This document shows positions 19,479 to 30,162 of a DNA stretch of 64,000 nt, piece by piece (position 1 is the stretch's first letter; each line of letters opens with the position of its first letter). The translations under genes and the position numbers were made by a program. The notes beneath the pieces are model-generated. The model was given only the letters and a program-made list of their open reading frames with translations. It was not told the DNA's origin and searched no databases. Source of the stretch: an uncultured virus (IMG/VR IMGVR_UViG_3300017975_000001) (taxonomy: Duplodnaviria; Heunggongvirae; Uroviricota; Caudoviricetes); the IMG/VR virus record IMGVR_UViG_3300017975_000001. One strand, written 5' to 3'.

Positions 19479-20042
19479 ATGAAGCTCGAAGAGGCACTAC
19501 ACAAGCTCTGCACGATGGTTGGCCAAATCACTATCACGGCTGGCGAGCATCGCTATCGCGAAGGCATGCCACCGCACTATCTATGGGAAGTGATCGGGTC
19601 GCACGGGAATGGCGAATGCTATCCGGCCTTCGCTCAAGCAGATGATCTCTGCGTAGCTATCGAGAAAGTAATCACACAGCTCGATGAGCGCCGTACTGCC
19701 GCGCAAGCGTTTATCGAGGCAAACCCGGAGTTGAAGAGTCTTCCCAAAAGTGACCATCCCACACTGATTCAAGAGGATCCGACCGTCGAGACCGTCGAAC
19801 GAGCTGCAGTTCAATACGAGGGCGTAACGTATTCGGTGCCACGTCCTGGACGACATGATGCGGTATGCCGTCTGATGCATGAGCAAGGTCTTGAATCCGA
19901 AACCATGCGCCTGCAAGGTTTCGTCACAAGTACAGGACGTTTTGTCGATCGCCGAGAAGCTGCAATCATCGCGCGTCAAGCCGATCAGCTCATTCGCAAG
20001 ACCTTCCCAACTGACCTACTATTTTCCGAGGATGTCTGGTAG
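19479..20042 (+). CDS. Phage hypothetical protein
   Basis: C-terminal RH...QGFVTSTGRFVDRREAA...LFSEDVW pattern that I recall from phage proteins. Confidence 0.6.
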   Translation: MKLEEALHKLCTMVGQITITAGEHRYREGMPPHYLWEVIGSHGNGECYPAFAQADDLCVAIEKVITQLDERRTAAQAFIEANPELKSLPKSDHPTLIQEDPTVETVERAAVQYEGVTYSVPRPGRHDAVCRLMHEQGLESETMRLQGFVTSTGRFVDRREAAIIARQADQLIRKTFPTDLLFSEDVW

Positions 20043-20605
20043 CACAAGCTGGAAGGTTGGGAAGTCATGCTTAAGTATCGCGTGATCTGTGATGGGTGCG
20101 GCGCTGAACTGTCCAGCATTCATGAAACACACGCAGGTGCAGCTAAAGCATTACGAGAGCGCGTTCGCGCCGAAGGCTGGATAACACAGCCAATTTCTGT
20201 GCGGTCGCCCGCCTGGATGCCCGTTTCGCTACACGTAGATCCGCAGGCATTTCTTCGCGAGATGGAATCCGCTGTCGCGCGACGTGACCTTTGCCCTCGT
20301 TGTCAAAGACGCTCACGCCGACCGGCGAACGCCCGAATAGAGTCAATTCGATAAGCAAGATGCCGCTTTTTAAGTGCTCGCGCTGCACGTGTGTTGAGAA
20401 CACCGCACTAGGTGCGTACTGGACGCGCAAGGACGAGCCGCTGTGCTCTGAATGCGCGACCGGCAAGTGGCACGGACAGTTTCCCAAGGAGCCGGCAGCT
20501 GGCTGGAAGCTCGGTGATGACGGGTTTCTCTACTTGGCCAACGGATGGAAACCGTCGAGTGTGAAGATCGTAGGCGATGCGTGACAGATAAGCACGGTTA
20601 CAAGC

Positions 20606-20625
20606 TACTCTTGACTTGTTGGAAT
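20606..20625 (+). promoter_or_regulatory. Early-type promoter motif (variant)
   Basis: TACTCTTGACTTGTTGGAAT upstream of ATG 20655. Confidence 0.6.
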
Positions 20626-20654
20626 ATGCGCGGCATGGTCCGCGTTGTTCAGGC

Positions 20655-21125
20655 ATGACGAATTCAACATATTTTCACGTTCGTTGCGCGGACGGCACGC
20701 ACCACAGCGGCTTGTTCACGGACCGTGCAAAAGCTGAAGTAGTGGCACAGTCAGTCGACGGCAAGGTAGTTACTTGCCTCGATGCGCCTGATGATCTCGA
20801 CGCGCAGGGCCTCGCAGCGCACGCCGCGATCGTCAAGTACCTCACGGAGAATGGTCTAACGCAGACCGGTGGCTGCTTGACGTTCTACTCGCCCAAAGAG
20901 TGGCGTGCTCGTGGCGAGTCCTACGGACGGGACAGCCACCTAATCGTTGTCTACGACGGCAGCCAAGTTGCGCGCGCCTTCAGCTTGGATAAGTGCTACG
21001 AGACGGCACGGCCAGGCGTCGATTGTTATCGGCACTACGAGGGCCTGCACAAGAAGCTCGAAGAGATCGGGCTCTTCTCCGAAGAGTGCACGAAGTGGTA
21101 CTCGGCCGTGTACACGATCGGGTAA
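20655..21125 (+). CDS. Hypothetical protein
   Basis: ORF directly after a promoter motif. Confidence 0.6.
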   Translation: MTNSTYFHVRCADGTHHSGLFTDRAKAEVVAQSVDGKVVTCLDAPDDLDAQGLAAHAAIVKYLTENGLTQTGGCLTFYSPKEWRARGESYGRDSHLIVVYDGSQVARAFSLDKCYETARPGVDCYRHYEGLHKKLEEIGLFSEECTKWYSAVYTIG

Positions 21126-21485
21126 TACAGTGATCACCTACAACAGCCAACAGTGGCGTCACGAGTTTGACGGCGATGCCGAAGCCGCCAAGCGAGCATA
21201 CGACGATGGCTGCATCGAGGAGCGTCGCATCGGCGAGCTATGCAAGCGATTGCACGCTGCGTTGAAGCCGCACGGGTTCACGTTCGCACACGGCGAACCT
21301 CAGCCCGACGTCACGATCGATAGGCGGAGCGGTGTTAGCGGATACGTGTGTTTGAACTTCAGCGTAGGTGACGCTGCACTACTCGAAGAGCTGATTCGCA
21401 AGTACGTCCCGCGGTCAGCGATGGATCCTTACCGATGATTTCAATCCGCGCAGCGGCTGTTCGCCGCGAGCAATGGGCATAGCAC

Positions 21486-21845
21486 ATGTCGCCAGGCATT
21501 CTCTACATCGAAGATGACGAAGACCTGCAACGCGCGATGGCTCGCATGCTCCGTATCTGCTATCCGCAATTTCAAGTGTACGTCATCGATGACGCTCGGC
21601 GCGCCATCGCGATGCTAGAGCACAACGAATTCGACCTCGTGATCAGCGACTACAACGTGCACGGTGGGACCGGTGGTGACGTGCTCGCATGGATTCAGGA
21701 ACACAAGCCAGCGCTTGCTGCGCGGTTCATCTTCCTGGCAGCGGCTAAGGAAATTGAACGCCACACGTATTGGCTCAAGAAGCCGGCCGACTTACAGGCT
21801 TTACGCGACCTCATCGAGCGCGTGCTCGGAAAAAGTCCCAACTGA
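21486..21845 (+). CDS. Orphan single-domain response regulator (receiver domain)
   Basis: ILYIEDD, DLVISDY (phosphoacceptor Asp), G.DVL and KP motifs. Confidence 0.88.
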   Translation: MSPGILYIEDDEDLQRAMARMLRICYPQFQVYVIDDARRAIAMLEHNEFDLVISDYNVHGGTGGDVLAWIQEHKPALAARFIFLAAAKEIERHTYWLKKPADLQALRDLIERVLGKSPN

Positions 21846-21864
21846 ATTCGCACAGTTGCCAACT

Positions 21865-21883
21865 TACTCTCGACAAGTGCAAT
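21865..21883 (+). promoter_or_regulatory. Early-type promoter motif
   Basis: TACTCTCGACAAGTGCAAT. Confidence 0.7.
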
Positions 21884-21912
21884 AGAAGTCGTGGTAGAAG
21901 CGTCTGTACTAC

Positions 21913-23340
21913 ATGGACGCGATGCTCGACACCCCAGCGGCGCTCGATACGGTCACGATCAACGGCTTCCCTGCGGATCGCTTGGACTTGGCGCGTGAAC
22001 TACTAGCTAAGGCGCACGCCAAGCTGGCACGCGCTGCAGCAAAGGCGGGCGCGACGATACCTTCGGAGCCGCAGCTCACGGTCGTCGGCGAGCGTGTGCA
22101 GCTCTACTGCCCAAAGTGCAAGTGCCGCGAGGCTGCCGAAGTTTCTACGACCTCGCGCGCGTGCTCCAATCACTGCAACGATGATGCGCCCATGCAGACG
22201 CATCTCGTGCTGGATCTCGCGTTGACGAGCGAGCGGCCTCGCTTGGCTGGTTGGGAGTTTCTGTTCGTCGTAGAGCCACTGGTCGGCGGCAACCTGATTC
22301 GCCAGGTCCCTGGTGCGCAGGACGTGCCAGACACGACGCCCTGGCGGACCAAGTCTATTGCCTGCGATCACTGCAAGACTACTCGTCGCCGCGCCGAGAC
22401 GTTCGTGCTCCGCGCCACCGGCGAGGATCCAACGATCCCTGTTGGTACGATTCGCGAAGTCGGCCGCAACTGTCTCGAAGCGTTCCTTGGCGGTATGAGC
22501 CCTGCCGCGCTCGTGGCTCGGCTCACGTGGGCGCGCCTTGTGCGTGAGGCTGGTGATTACGATGAGGAGTCTGGCGGCTTTTCGCAACACGGCCCACAGG
22601 TGATGCAGCCTGAGCAGTTCATGCAGTATGTCGTGGCCTCAGTTCGCGTCGATGGCTGGACCAGCCGCGCCGCTGCACGCGACTCGGATGGCGAGCGTCG
22701 AGCTTCGGCTGACCGCGCCATCTACCTCATGTTTCCGCCATGGGGCGCCTCCGAGCAAGGCCGTCGCCTATGGCGTGAAGAGCGAGAGCGCATCGCGCCC
22801 AGCGACGCAGACAAGGCTCGCGGGCTCGAAGTGCTTGCATGGGCGAAGGCTCTGCCAGAGGACAGCGACGAATACACGAGGAACCTACGCCTCATGGCTC
22901 TACAGCCGCACGTACAAATCAACCCCAAGCACTACGGCATCCTGGCGAGCGCAGTCAACGCATGGGAGCGCGCGATCGGGCGTCAGCTTCGTGAGGCGCG
23001 TGAGAAAGCCGCGCTTGCCTCGCAATCAAACGTGCATGTGGGCGCCGAGGGTGAACGTCAGGAATGGAATGTCACTGTCGAACGTGTAGCGGACGTGGAT
23101 ACCGACTACGGTTCGCTTCACATCCACACGCTTCGTGTACAGAACACGGGTGAAGCACTCGTCTGGAAGACCACGTCCAAGCGTATGGACATCGGTTGGT
23201 CGGGTCGCGTGCGTGGCACGGTGAAGCGCCACAGCGAGTACCGCGGTCAGAAGCAGACCGAGCTGTCGCGTTGCACGGTGGTAGAGCCAAAGGCGCCGAA
23301 GGCACCCAAGAAGTTCATCAAGGAGACAACGCAACCGTGA
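21913..23340 (+). CDS. Phage protein with CxxC motifs and C-terminal OB-fold-like domain
   Basis: CDHCKTTRRR, VGRNCL, and C-terminal VGAEGER...VRGTVKRHSEYRGQKQTELSRC. Confidence 0.6.
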   Translation: MDAMLDTPAALDTVTINGFPADRLDLARELLAKAHAKLARAAAKAGATIPSEPQLTVVGERVQLYCPKCKCREAAEVSTTSRACSNHCNDDAPMQTHLVLDLALTSERPRLAGWEFLFVVEPLVGGNLIRQVPGAQDVPDTTPWRTKSIACDHCKTTRRRAETFVLRATGEDPTIPVGTIREVGRNCLEAFLGGMSPAALVARLTWARLVREAGDYDEESGGFSQHGPQVMQPEQFMQYVVASVRVDGWTSRAAARDSDGERRASADRAIYLMFPPWGASEQGRRLWREERERIAPSDADKARGLEVLAWAKALPEDSDEYTRNLRLMALQPHVQINPKHYGILASAVNAWERAIGRQLREAREKAALASQSNVHVGAEGERQEWNVTVERVADVDTDYGSLHIHTLRVQNTGEALVWKTTSKRMDIGWSGRVRGTVKRHSEYRGQKQTELSRCTVVEPKAPKAPKKFIKETTQP

Positions 23341-23526
23341 AGCTGTTCGTGCTGTTCGTCAGCTCGTTCCGACGGCCCGGTGCGATGAACATCTCACACG
23401 AGACTGTCGACCGCGTGAAGACGCTTTGCGGTCGGCGGATCAACAAGAATGCACAGGTCGAGCCGGACGATCGCGACAACTGGGAACCGGACTGCATTAC
23501 GTGCCGCAAGGCCAAGAAGGCGCGCG

Positions 23527-24219
23527 ATGTCACTTGAGTTCAAATTTGCGAACGCGAAACAGCTCGTCGAGCAAACGCTCGAATTGGACTATTTTTGCGA
23601 AGACGCGCCAGCAATTCCGTACTTATGGGCGCCGAGTGCTGCAACGAATCCGCTTATTGTAGTCGTCGGTGAGAATGCTAGCGGTAAGAGCTTCTTTCGC
23701 CGCTGTGTACAAGCTGTGTGTAACAAAGCACAGGTAGAGTGCATACCAATCTCGATGGAAGGTCGCCGGCAAGTGGCCTACAACATCGGACTGACCTTCG
23801 TATATGGTGACGAAAGTTGCGATGCGACTGGCATCAATTCTATCCGTACGGTGCTAACGGGCATCAAGACTTGTGAGGGTCGCGATAAACCGCACGTGAT
23901 CGTCTGGGACGAGCCGGACGTCGGACTGTCAGAAGGAAATGCTGCAAGCGTTGGCAAAGCCATCGCTGACTTCACGCGAAGCACGCCTAAGCTTACACGT
24001 GCCTCGATCGTCGTTACGCATCGCAAAGCGTTGGTCACTGAATTGGCTCGCGAACGTCCGCACTATCTCTACCTCGGAGCTGTAGATGGACCGACTACCG
24101 TTGATGCTTGGCTGGCACAGCCGCCCATAGTGCGGTCCTTAGAAGATGTGCAGAACGCTGCGCGTGAACGCTTTCGAGCGATCCAAAAGATCCTCAACCG
24201 AGTAAAGGCACACACGTAG
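23527..24219 (+). CDS. ABC-type P-loop ATPase (standalone)
   Basis: Walker A GENASGKS, Walker B IVWDEPD, and H-loop VVTH. Confidence 0.8.
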   Translation: MSLEFKFANAKQLVEQTLELDYFCEDAPAIPYLWAPSAATNPLIVVVGENASGKSFFRRCVQAVCNKAQVECIPISMEGRRQVAYNIGLTFVYGDESCDATGINSIRTVLTGIKTCEGRDKPHVIVWDEPDVGLSEGNAASVGKAIADFTRSTPKLTRASIVVTHRKALVTELARERPHYLYLGAVDGPTTVDAWLAQPPIVRSLEDVQNAARERFRAIQKILNRVKAHT

Positions 24220-25029
24220 ATGTACACGATGACCAAAGACGGACTCTTCATCTTCGACCAGCGTTCGCTGGCTGAGCTTATCCGGCGCGTGCAGGCACCG
24301 AAGGACAAAATCGAGGCCGAAGACCGTGCCGCCAATCAAGCTAAGCTCCGCGCTCTAGGTGTGGGCTGCAGGTGTGCTGGGACTAACGTTCCTTGCGAGC
24401 ATCCATGGCCGACACTTTCAAAGGAAATCACATGAGCAACAACGATGACGAGCACAAGTTCTGTTTGGAGGAAGCAGACAGACTATACGTTGTCGTCTAC
24501 GTGCGCAGTGGTCGCATGTACACGTGCGACTGTCACTTTAGGCACCACACACCAGAAGCCGCACACGAATGCGTAAAGAAGCACGACGGCATCGCCATCA
24601 TGGAATGGGTGAAGGGCCGCAATCCACAGTTCTTAGAGTACTGGCACAGTCCCGAGCTGACGTAAGAGGAGACTAGATCGTATGAGCTACGACGACGAAC
24701 GTCAAAATTGGTCGCCATTCGACCGCGCACAGACCGCTGCTGCTGATCTTCGCTTAATGCTCTCTATGCGCGCGTCGAAGGACACTATTCGCACCGTGTT
24801 AGGTCCAAGCAACTACGCTCGCACCTTCGAATACCTCGACTGCATCGACAAAAACCTCCCAGTTCTCCAAAGCCGTGTCCGCGAGCTGATCGAGCTTGTC
24901 ATACGCCTCAGTAATGAGCTGAGCGCGTCAGACGCTGAGTTAGTTGCTCGTGCCCGCATCGAGGCGGGCCTCATAAGATCAGGCGACGAAGACGCTGAAT
25001 CAGCTGGACCTTCAAATAGTTAGCCAACG

Positions 25030-25048
25030 TACTCTCGACAAGTAGAAT
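25030..25048 (+). promoter_or_regulatory. Early-type promoter motif
   Basis: TACTCTCGACAAGTAGAAT. Confidence 0.7.
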
Positions 25049-25370
25049 AGTCCTTCCTTCGAGTTTGTTGTATTGACGAGCCGCCATGTTCGATAACCTC
25101 TTCACCCAGATCGAAACTGCTATCGATGGACATCCACGTCTTTCGCGCGTGGACCTCAACGGTAAACCGATTACCGCGGAGACGCTGACTAATCAGATCC
25201 ATGAACCGATCATCGAGGTCTCGCGCGGCTGGTTTAGGGTGCGAGTGCGTGTGAAGCTCAGGGGCTCGCGAAAGCGGTCTACGGAGATCGACGGTCGTGG
25301 TGAGACCGTTGAAGCTGCCGTCGAACACCTCATTACTGGCTTGGATTCCTGGGCCGAGGCCATCGAGTAG

Positions 25371-26366
25371 ATGAAGCGCAAGCGCGACAATATCCGTCGT
25401 CGACTGCTCGACACGCTCCGGGAAGAGACGATCCTGCCGCCGCTACCGGACCATAACGTGGTCTTGGATTCCGACGAGATTGCTGCGCACACCGCGTCGC
25501 TTCGGCCGTGCCTTGCGAAGGCACAGTGCATCGAAGCGTCCAACGTAGCGAGGTACTTCGAGGAGACGTACGTCGGCGAAGACAAGGCCGATCGCAATTT
25601 CTGGGGCGACCTCAAGTGCCTCGTACCGCCCTTCGAGGTGTTCTTCGTCGAATGGGAGAAGCCCTGCATGCCGGTGGCGCTGCGTATGGGCGTCCTGTTC
25701 ATTGCCTGTAAGCCAGAGCTGGCTGAAGCTACGTTGCGTTCAATCATTGGCACGAACGCACATACGACGCCGAAAAAGATCGACGAGTTCCGCGCGAAGA
25801 ATCCGACGTGGATCTACCTGACCTTTGACTTCCTGGAGTTTCCTAACGCGGATCGCCAGCACATCTCAGGACTACGCAGCCCGTACCATCTCGGCTGCAT
25901 TTCCGTCAGCGACGATGGATCGATCCTCGACTTCTGGTACTCACATGCCTCGGGTGCCATCACGAAGCGTGAGTCTGAAATCATTGGCGCTGCCACGATG
26001 CCTGCATTCACGACTCTGGCGATGCTTAACTGCGAGAACATCGACAGCATCGAGCATCAAGCACCAGAGCCGTTTCAACGTTCGCGAGTTCGAAAGGGCA
26101 AGCTCCCGCTGGTCTCGTACCGAACGATTCAAGTCAACCTGGCAAAGACGCCCAAGGCGATCGCTGCAGATGAACTGCCTGCGGTCAACAGCGATGGCAC
26201 GGTGCGACGCCTGCATCAAAAGCGCGGGCACATGAAGGACTACCGCAAGGGCAAGGGCCTCTTCGGTAAGTACAAGGGCCTCTGGTATTGGGGCCCGCAG
26301 CTTGCGGGTTCGGGCGCTGCGGGTGTTGTTGTCTCTGACTACGAGGTCAAGGGAGAGCTTCCGTGA
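25371..26366 (+). CDS. Phage protein with C-terminal HxxRGH motif
   Basis: RLHQKRGHMKDY...WYWGP near the C-terminus. Confidence 0.6.
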   Translation: MKRKRDNIRRRLLDTLREETILPPLPDHNVVLDSDEIAAHTASLRPCLAKAQCIEASNVARYFEETYVGEDKADRNFWGDLKCLVPPFEVFFVEWEKPCMPVALRMGVLFIACKPELAEATLRSIIGTNAHTTPKKIDEFRAKNPTWIYLTFDFLEFPNADRQHISGLRSPYHLGCISVSDDGSILDFWYSHASGAITKRESEIIGAATMPAFTTLAMLNCENIDSIEHQAPEPFQRSRVRKGKLPLVSYRTIQVNLAKTPKAIAADELPAVNSDGTVRRLHQKRGHMKDYRKGKGLFGKYKGLWYWGPQLAGSGAAGVVVSDYEVKGELP

Positions 26367-26944
26367 ACGCGCTAGAAGAGATCCGGCTGGTCCTACGTGA
26401 GTATCTCGCACTTGAAAGCGAGTACAGGCCAGTTGCTGAGGGCTGGTCCAATCTCCGGCTCCGTGGCGCTGCACGAAGGGCATGGTTAAAGAAGGCAAAA
26501 GATCGTCTCCACGAGCTACGTGGAAAGCTCGTCAAGTTTGCAAGCACGGAGAACGTGCCATGACGAAGTTGCAGATCCTGATCGAGTCAGATCTCATGGA
26601 CGGAGATGTAGTAGTGCCGTTCGCGCGAATGCAAGAAGCAGCAGAACACTGTTTGGAGATCGTCAAGTTCATGTTGCCCATCAAAGGCGCTACATGGCGT
26701 GTCGGCGCGGTCAGCAACGATGGTGGCAGCGGTGGTGGCGGTAGTGGAGAACGAGCTAAACAGGAAGGCCAATGAGCGAACCGTTCACGATCGAAGCGTG
26801 GAAGAAAGAGTGCGCTGAGGGAGCTACCGAGGAACTACTCCATCTGAACATGATCTACGTCGACGGTAATCCGTATGGATGGACCGAGGAAATCATCTGC
26901 GTCCTGCGTAACGAGATCGCGAGGAGGGCTGCCTCAGGCACCTA

Positions 26945-27970
26945 ATGCGCGACCCTAAACTACAAGCTGACCTAGACCAGCTGCGCACGTCCGAACGCCT
27001 TGGACTGTGGGCCGATATGGGTGCGCGCGTTCGCGCCTGGGGTCCCATCGAGGAAGATTCGGCCGAGTTTGGGCAGCGCATCTTGCGTGCTGGTCTGATG
27101 CCCGTCGAGCCAAGCACGCCTCAGGATACGGTGCGCGAGCACATTCATGCACTGCATGCTACCGGTCGTTGGGCCAACTTCGGGTTCAACGTCTTTGACC
27201 TCTCGCTCGATCTTGCTGCTGGCTTTTTGCTGACCGACCCACTTCCTATGGAAGCCAACGACGAGCTAAGGCTGCCGTTCCCGTGTTTCTACATCAAGTT
27301 ACCTGAAGGCATCGTGCCGATGTTTGCGCGTGGCCAACAGTTTTGGGCAGAAGGAATCTGGGTCCACCGCTTCACAAGCTTTCATAACGATCACGGTGCA
27401 CGCACGGCATTTCTGCGATGGACGGTAGAGCGCAAATCGTTGTCGGTCTGGAAAGACCGCTTTCCAAGCAACCTCGATGATCCTGTAGATCAGAGTCGGT
27501 ACAATCTGATTTGGGAGGGCGATCCGCCGTACGTTCCTGAAGATCAAATCACGACGGACAAGGCGCTGCGCATCATCAAGAATCTTGTTGCTTGGCTTGA
27601 TGCCACAGGCGGTCTCACCGCGCATCCTGCGCCTGAACATCCGTACGCACGTAACCCACGTAAGGCAAGTCCTGAGCGCCAACGCGAGATCGCAACCGGC
27701 ATCTGGCCGCACGTTTGGCTCTTCGGCAAAGGCGTAAAGCTCCAACCTGAGCTTCGCAAAGTCGCACGTGAGTTCGCGCTGAGCCAAAGCCAAGAGCATG
27801 CATTGCCTGGCTGGAAAGTGCGTGTACAGCACGTCGTGCGTGGACACTGGAAGAATCAAGCGCACGGCGAAGGTCGGTCGCTACGCAAGCGTATCTGGCT
27901 GCAGCCGTACTATAGAGGGCCAGAAGGCGAAGCTGCGTGGGCGCACTTGTACGAAGCAGGTGAAACATGA
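26945..27970 (+). CDS. Phage protein with C-terminal HxVRGHW motif
   Basis: VQHVVRGHWKNQAHG...RIWLQPYYRGP. Confidence 0.6.
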   Translation: MRDPKLQADLDQLRTSERLGLWADMGARVRAWGPIEEDSAEFGQRILRAGLMPVEPSTPQDTVREHIHALHATGRWANFGFNVFDLSLDLAAGFLLTDPLPMEANDELRLPFPCFYIKLPEGIVPMFARGQQFWAEGIWVHRFTSFHNDHGARTAFLRWTVERKSLSVWKDRFPSNLDDPVDQSRYNLIWEGDPPYVPEDQITTDKALRIIKNLVAWLDATGGLTAHPAPEHPYARNPRKASPERQREIATGIWPHVWLFGKGVKLQPELRKVAREFALSQSQEHALPGWKVRVQHVVRGHWKNQAHGEGRSLRKRIWLQPYYRGPEGEAAWAHLYEAGET

Positions 27971-28418
27971 CGAAGACCAAAGAGCAGAAGGCGAGCGAGA
28001 ATTTTGTCATCTTCATGGAGCGTGGACCAGGATTGTGGCGCGACTACAACACGTGGATCGTCGCCAAGGATCCGACGCATGAGAAGCACTTGATTGGCGG
28101 GCTCGGCGGGCTCGGTGTCGGCGAGATGTGGGTCGATACCGAGGATGCAGATCGAATGAACCCTGAGTACGTAGACGCGCCCGTTCAGGACTATCGCGGT
28201 TTGGACAATGATGCTCTACAGAACGCTATTCGTGAGACTGACCTCTTGAAGAAGTTCAGGGAAGAAGACACCACACGCGTCGACTGGCTCGAAGCCGCAT
28301 CTACTGAACGGCTGGAGAACGTGCGTTGGCGCATCGAAAATGAGGGCGGTACCGTGCGCGAGGCGATCGACTGGTTTCGGCAGCGCGATGCGATACGCGC
28401 GAAGGAGCCGACGCGTCG

Positions 28419-28907
28419 ATGAAGTGTGAAATCGAACTGGTCCGTGACTTCCTTGCTCCTTTCGAGATCGCAACGCTAGCGTCGCTTGGCAATGCTGAAA
28501 GCCTTCTATGGGAGCGCGGCCGTCAAGAAACCGGTTACGAACGGCTCGCGCTACGTACGCTTGTCGATCACGATTCGCTCTACCAATACCTTGCGGATCG
28601 CGCACTCACCAAGCTTGGTGCGCCACACGAGAACCACTGGGACATGTGGATCCTGCGTTACCCTGATGGCTCGTACATTCCACCTCATCGCGATGAGGCT
28701 ACCATCTACGGTCTTCGACATCGGCGCCTCAACGCGCTGATACAAGCACCGCAGGCAGGTGGCGCCTTCCTGACAGCCGGCATTCCGGTGCCGCTTGGCA
28801 TCGGTGACGGCGTGCTGTTCTATCCCGACAAGATCGAACATGCGGTTACGCGTGTGACCGGAATCCGGCTTGTTTTCTCGGTCGGAGCATGGCTAGAACC
28901 ATCCTGA
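28419..28907 (+). CDS. 2OG-Fe(II) oxygenase (prolyl-4-hydroxylase-like)
   Basis: LRYPDGSYIPPHRD (HxD), GG, distal H in EHAV, and R in GIRLVFS. Confidence 0.85.
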   Translation: MKCEIELVRDFLAPFEIATLASLGNAESLLWERGRQETGYERLALRTLVDHDSLYQYLADRALTKLGAPHENHWDMWILRYPDGSYIPPHRDEATIYGLRHRRLNALIQAPQAGGAFLTAGIPVPLGIGDGVLFYPDKIEHAVTRVTGIRLVFSVGAWLEPS

Positions 28908-28927
28908 TAATCGATAGTTGCGCAAGG

Positions 28928-28946
28928 TACTCTTGACAAGTGGAAT
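28928..28946 (+). promoter_or_regulatory. Early-type promoter motif
   Basis: TACTCTTGACAAGTGGAAT. Confidence 0.75.
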
Positions 28947-29466
28947 AGCTGACGGGCTTTGGGCGTCTATTAGGCATGGCGACGGATTTTGACTTGCAGG
29001 AAGGCCAGGCTGAGGTCATCGACATCGCGGATGACCTCAAGCTCGTCGCGAGTGCGCTCAGCAACGCAGAGTCGTGCGAGACACTTGCTGACTTCGATGA
29101 CAACCTGACGGACGCGCTCAACACGCTCGAAGCGATGCAGCGCAACGTCAAGGAGCTGCGCGCGCAGGTGCGCGAGGCGAAGAAGGAAGCCAAGCGATGA
29201 CGCTCTTAACGCACAAACAGGCGATGGCGGCAGTGCAGCTTGGCTGTTGTGTCGCTATGGGTACGCATGAAGACATCATTGGTCATGCGTTCGAAGCGCG
29301 TGGACGCGCGCTTGGCGAGTGTCCACCTGCGGACTTGCGTACGTATCCTGGTCCAGAGGACTTTGTGTACGTCGAGGCGTTGAGCAGCGATGGCTTGGCG
29401 TTCTTAGAACTCATCAATGACGGGTTCATCCGCTTGAGCGGTCGCTGGGACTAGAAAGGAAGCACC

Positions 29467-30162
29467 ATGAAGGACTCCGTCAACTTTTCTACGTCCGAGC
29501 TATCCACCGCCGAGCAGTGGCACGGAGGGCAGGAAAGCATGCTGTATGCGATCGTGTCCACGGGCGCGCTCAAGCGTGGCTCGATGCGTCCGCACGATGA
29601 ATCTGGCCGACCGTTGACCGATGCTGAATGGCTGAATCGTTTGGCCGAGCGCTTGGAGTCCGAAGTTCAATCGTGCATCTGGTACGCACGTGTGGAAGGC
29701 GATGAAGAGATGCGCGCTGACATTCCCGCGCTCGAAGGTATCGCGCGGAAGTGTCGCCTACATCGCGGTGCAGGACTGGAGACTGACGAGCGTGACGAGT
29801 TCACGCGCGGCTACATCGAGTGCGCGCTCTGGTGCGGTGTGCTGTGCGAGCCCGAACTCGAAAGCTCCGAGGATAAGCACAACGAGAGCGCCTTGACGCC
29901 GGCCGCGCTGGCGTCCATGACACGCGATGCGCATGAATTCTACGCTGCCAACGTGGCCGACCTCCGTGCGTCCTCCATCACTATGGAGCGTGCTGGCCAC
30001 GATTTCTGGCTAACGCGTAATGGTCATGGCACAGGATTTTGGGACGAGAAATCCCTTAGTGAAGCAGCAGACGCTGCACTGGATCGCCTGACCGATGCAG
30101 CGCAGGCATACGACGATACGTCGCTCGTGCGCGGCCTGAACGGAAAGATCGACGAGCTGTAA
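29467..30162 (+). CDS. Phage hypothetical protein
   Basis: AAGGAAG SD; contains AGHDFWLTRNGHGTGFWD, a motif I recall from phage proteins. Confidence 0.65.
   Translation: MKDSVNFSTSELSTAEQWHGGQESMLYAIVSTGALKRGSMRPHDESGRPLTDAEWLNRLAERLESEVQSCIWYARVEGDEEMRADIPALEGIARKCRLHRGAGLETDERDEFTRGYIECALWCGVLCEPELESSEDKHNESALTPAALASMTRDAHEFYAANVADLRASSITMERAGHDFWLTRNGHGTGFWDEKSLSEAADAALDRLTDAAQAYDDTSLVRGLNGKIDEL

Noticed and set aside
23527..24219. ATPase as the genome-packaging motor
   Set aside because: Its motifs (DEP, H-loop) are ABC-type rather than FtsK/A32 or terminase, and it lies in the early region.
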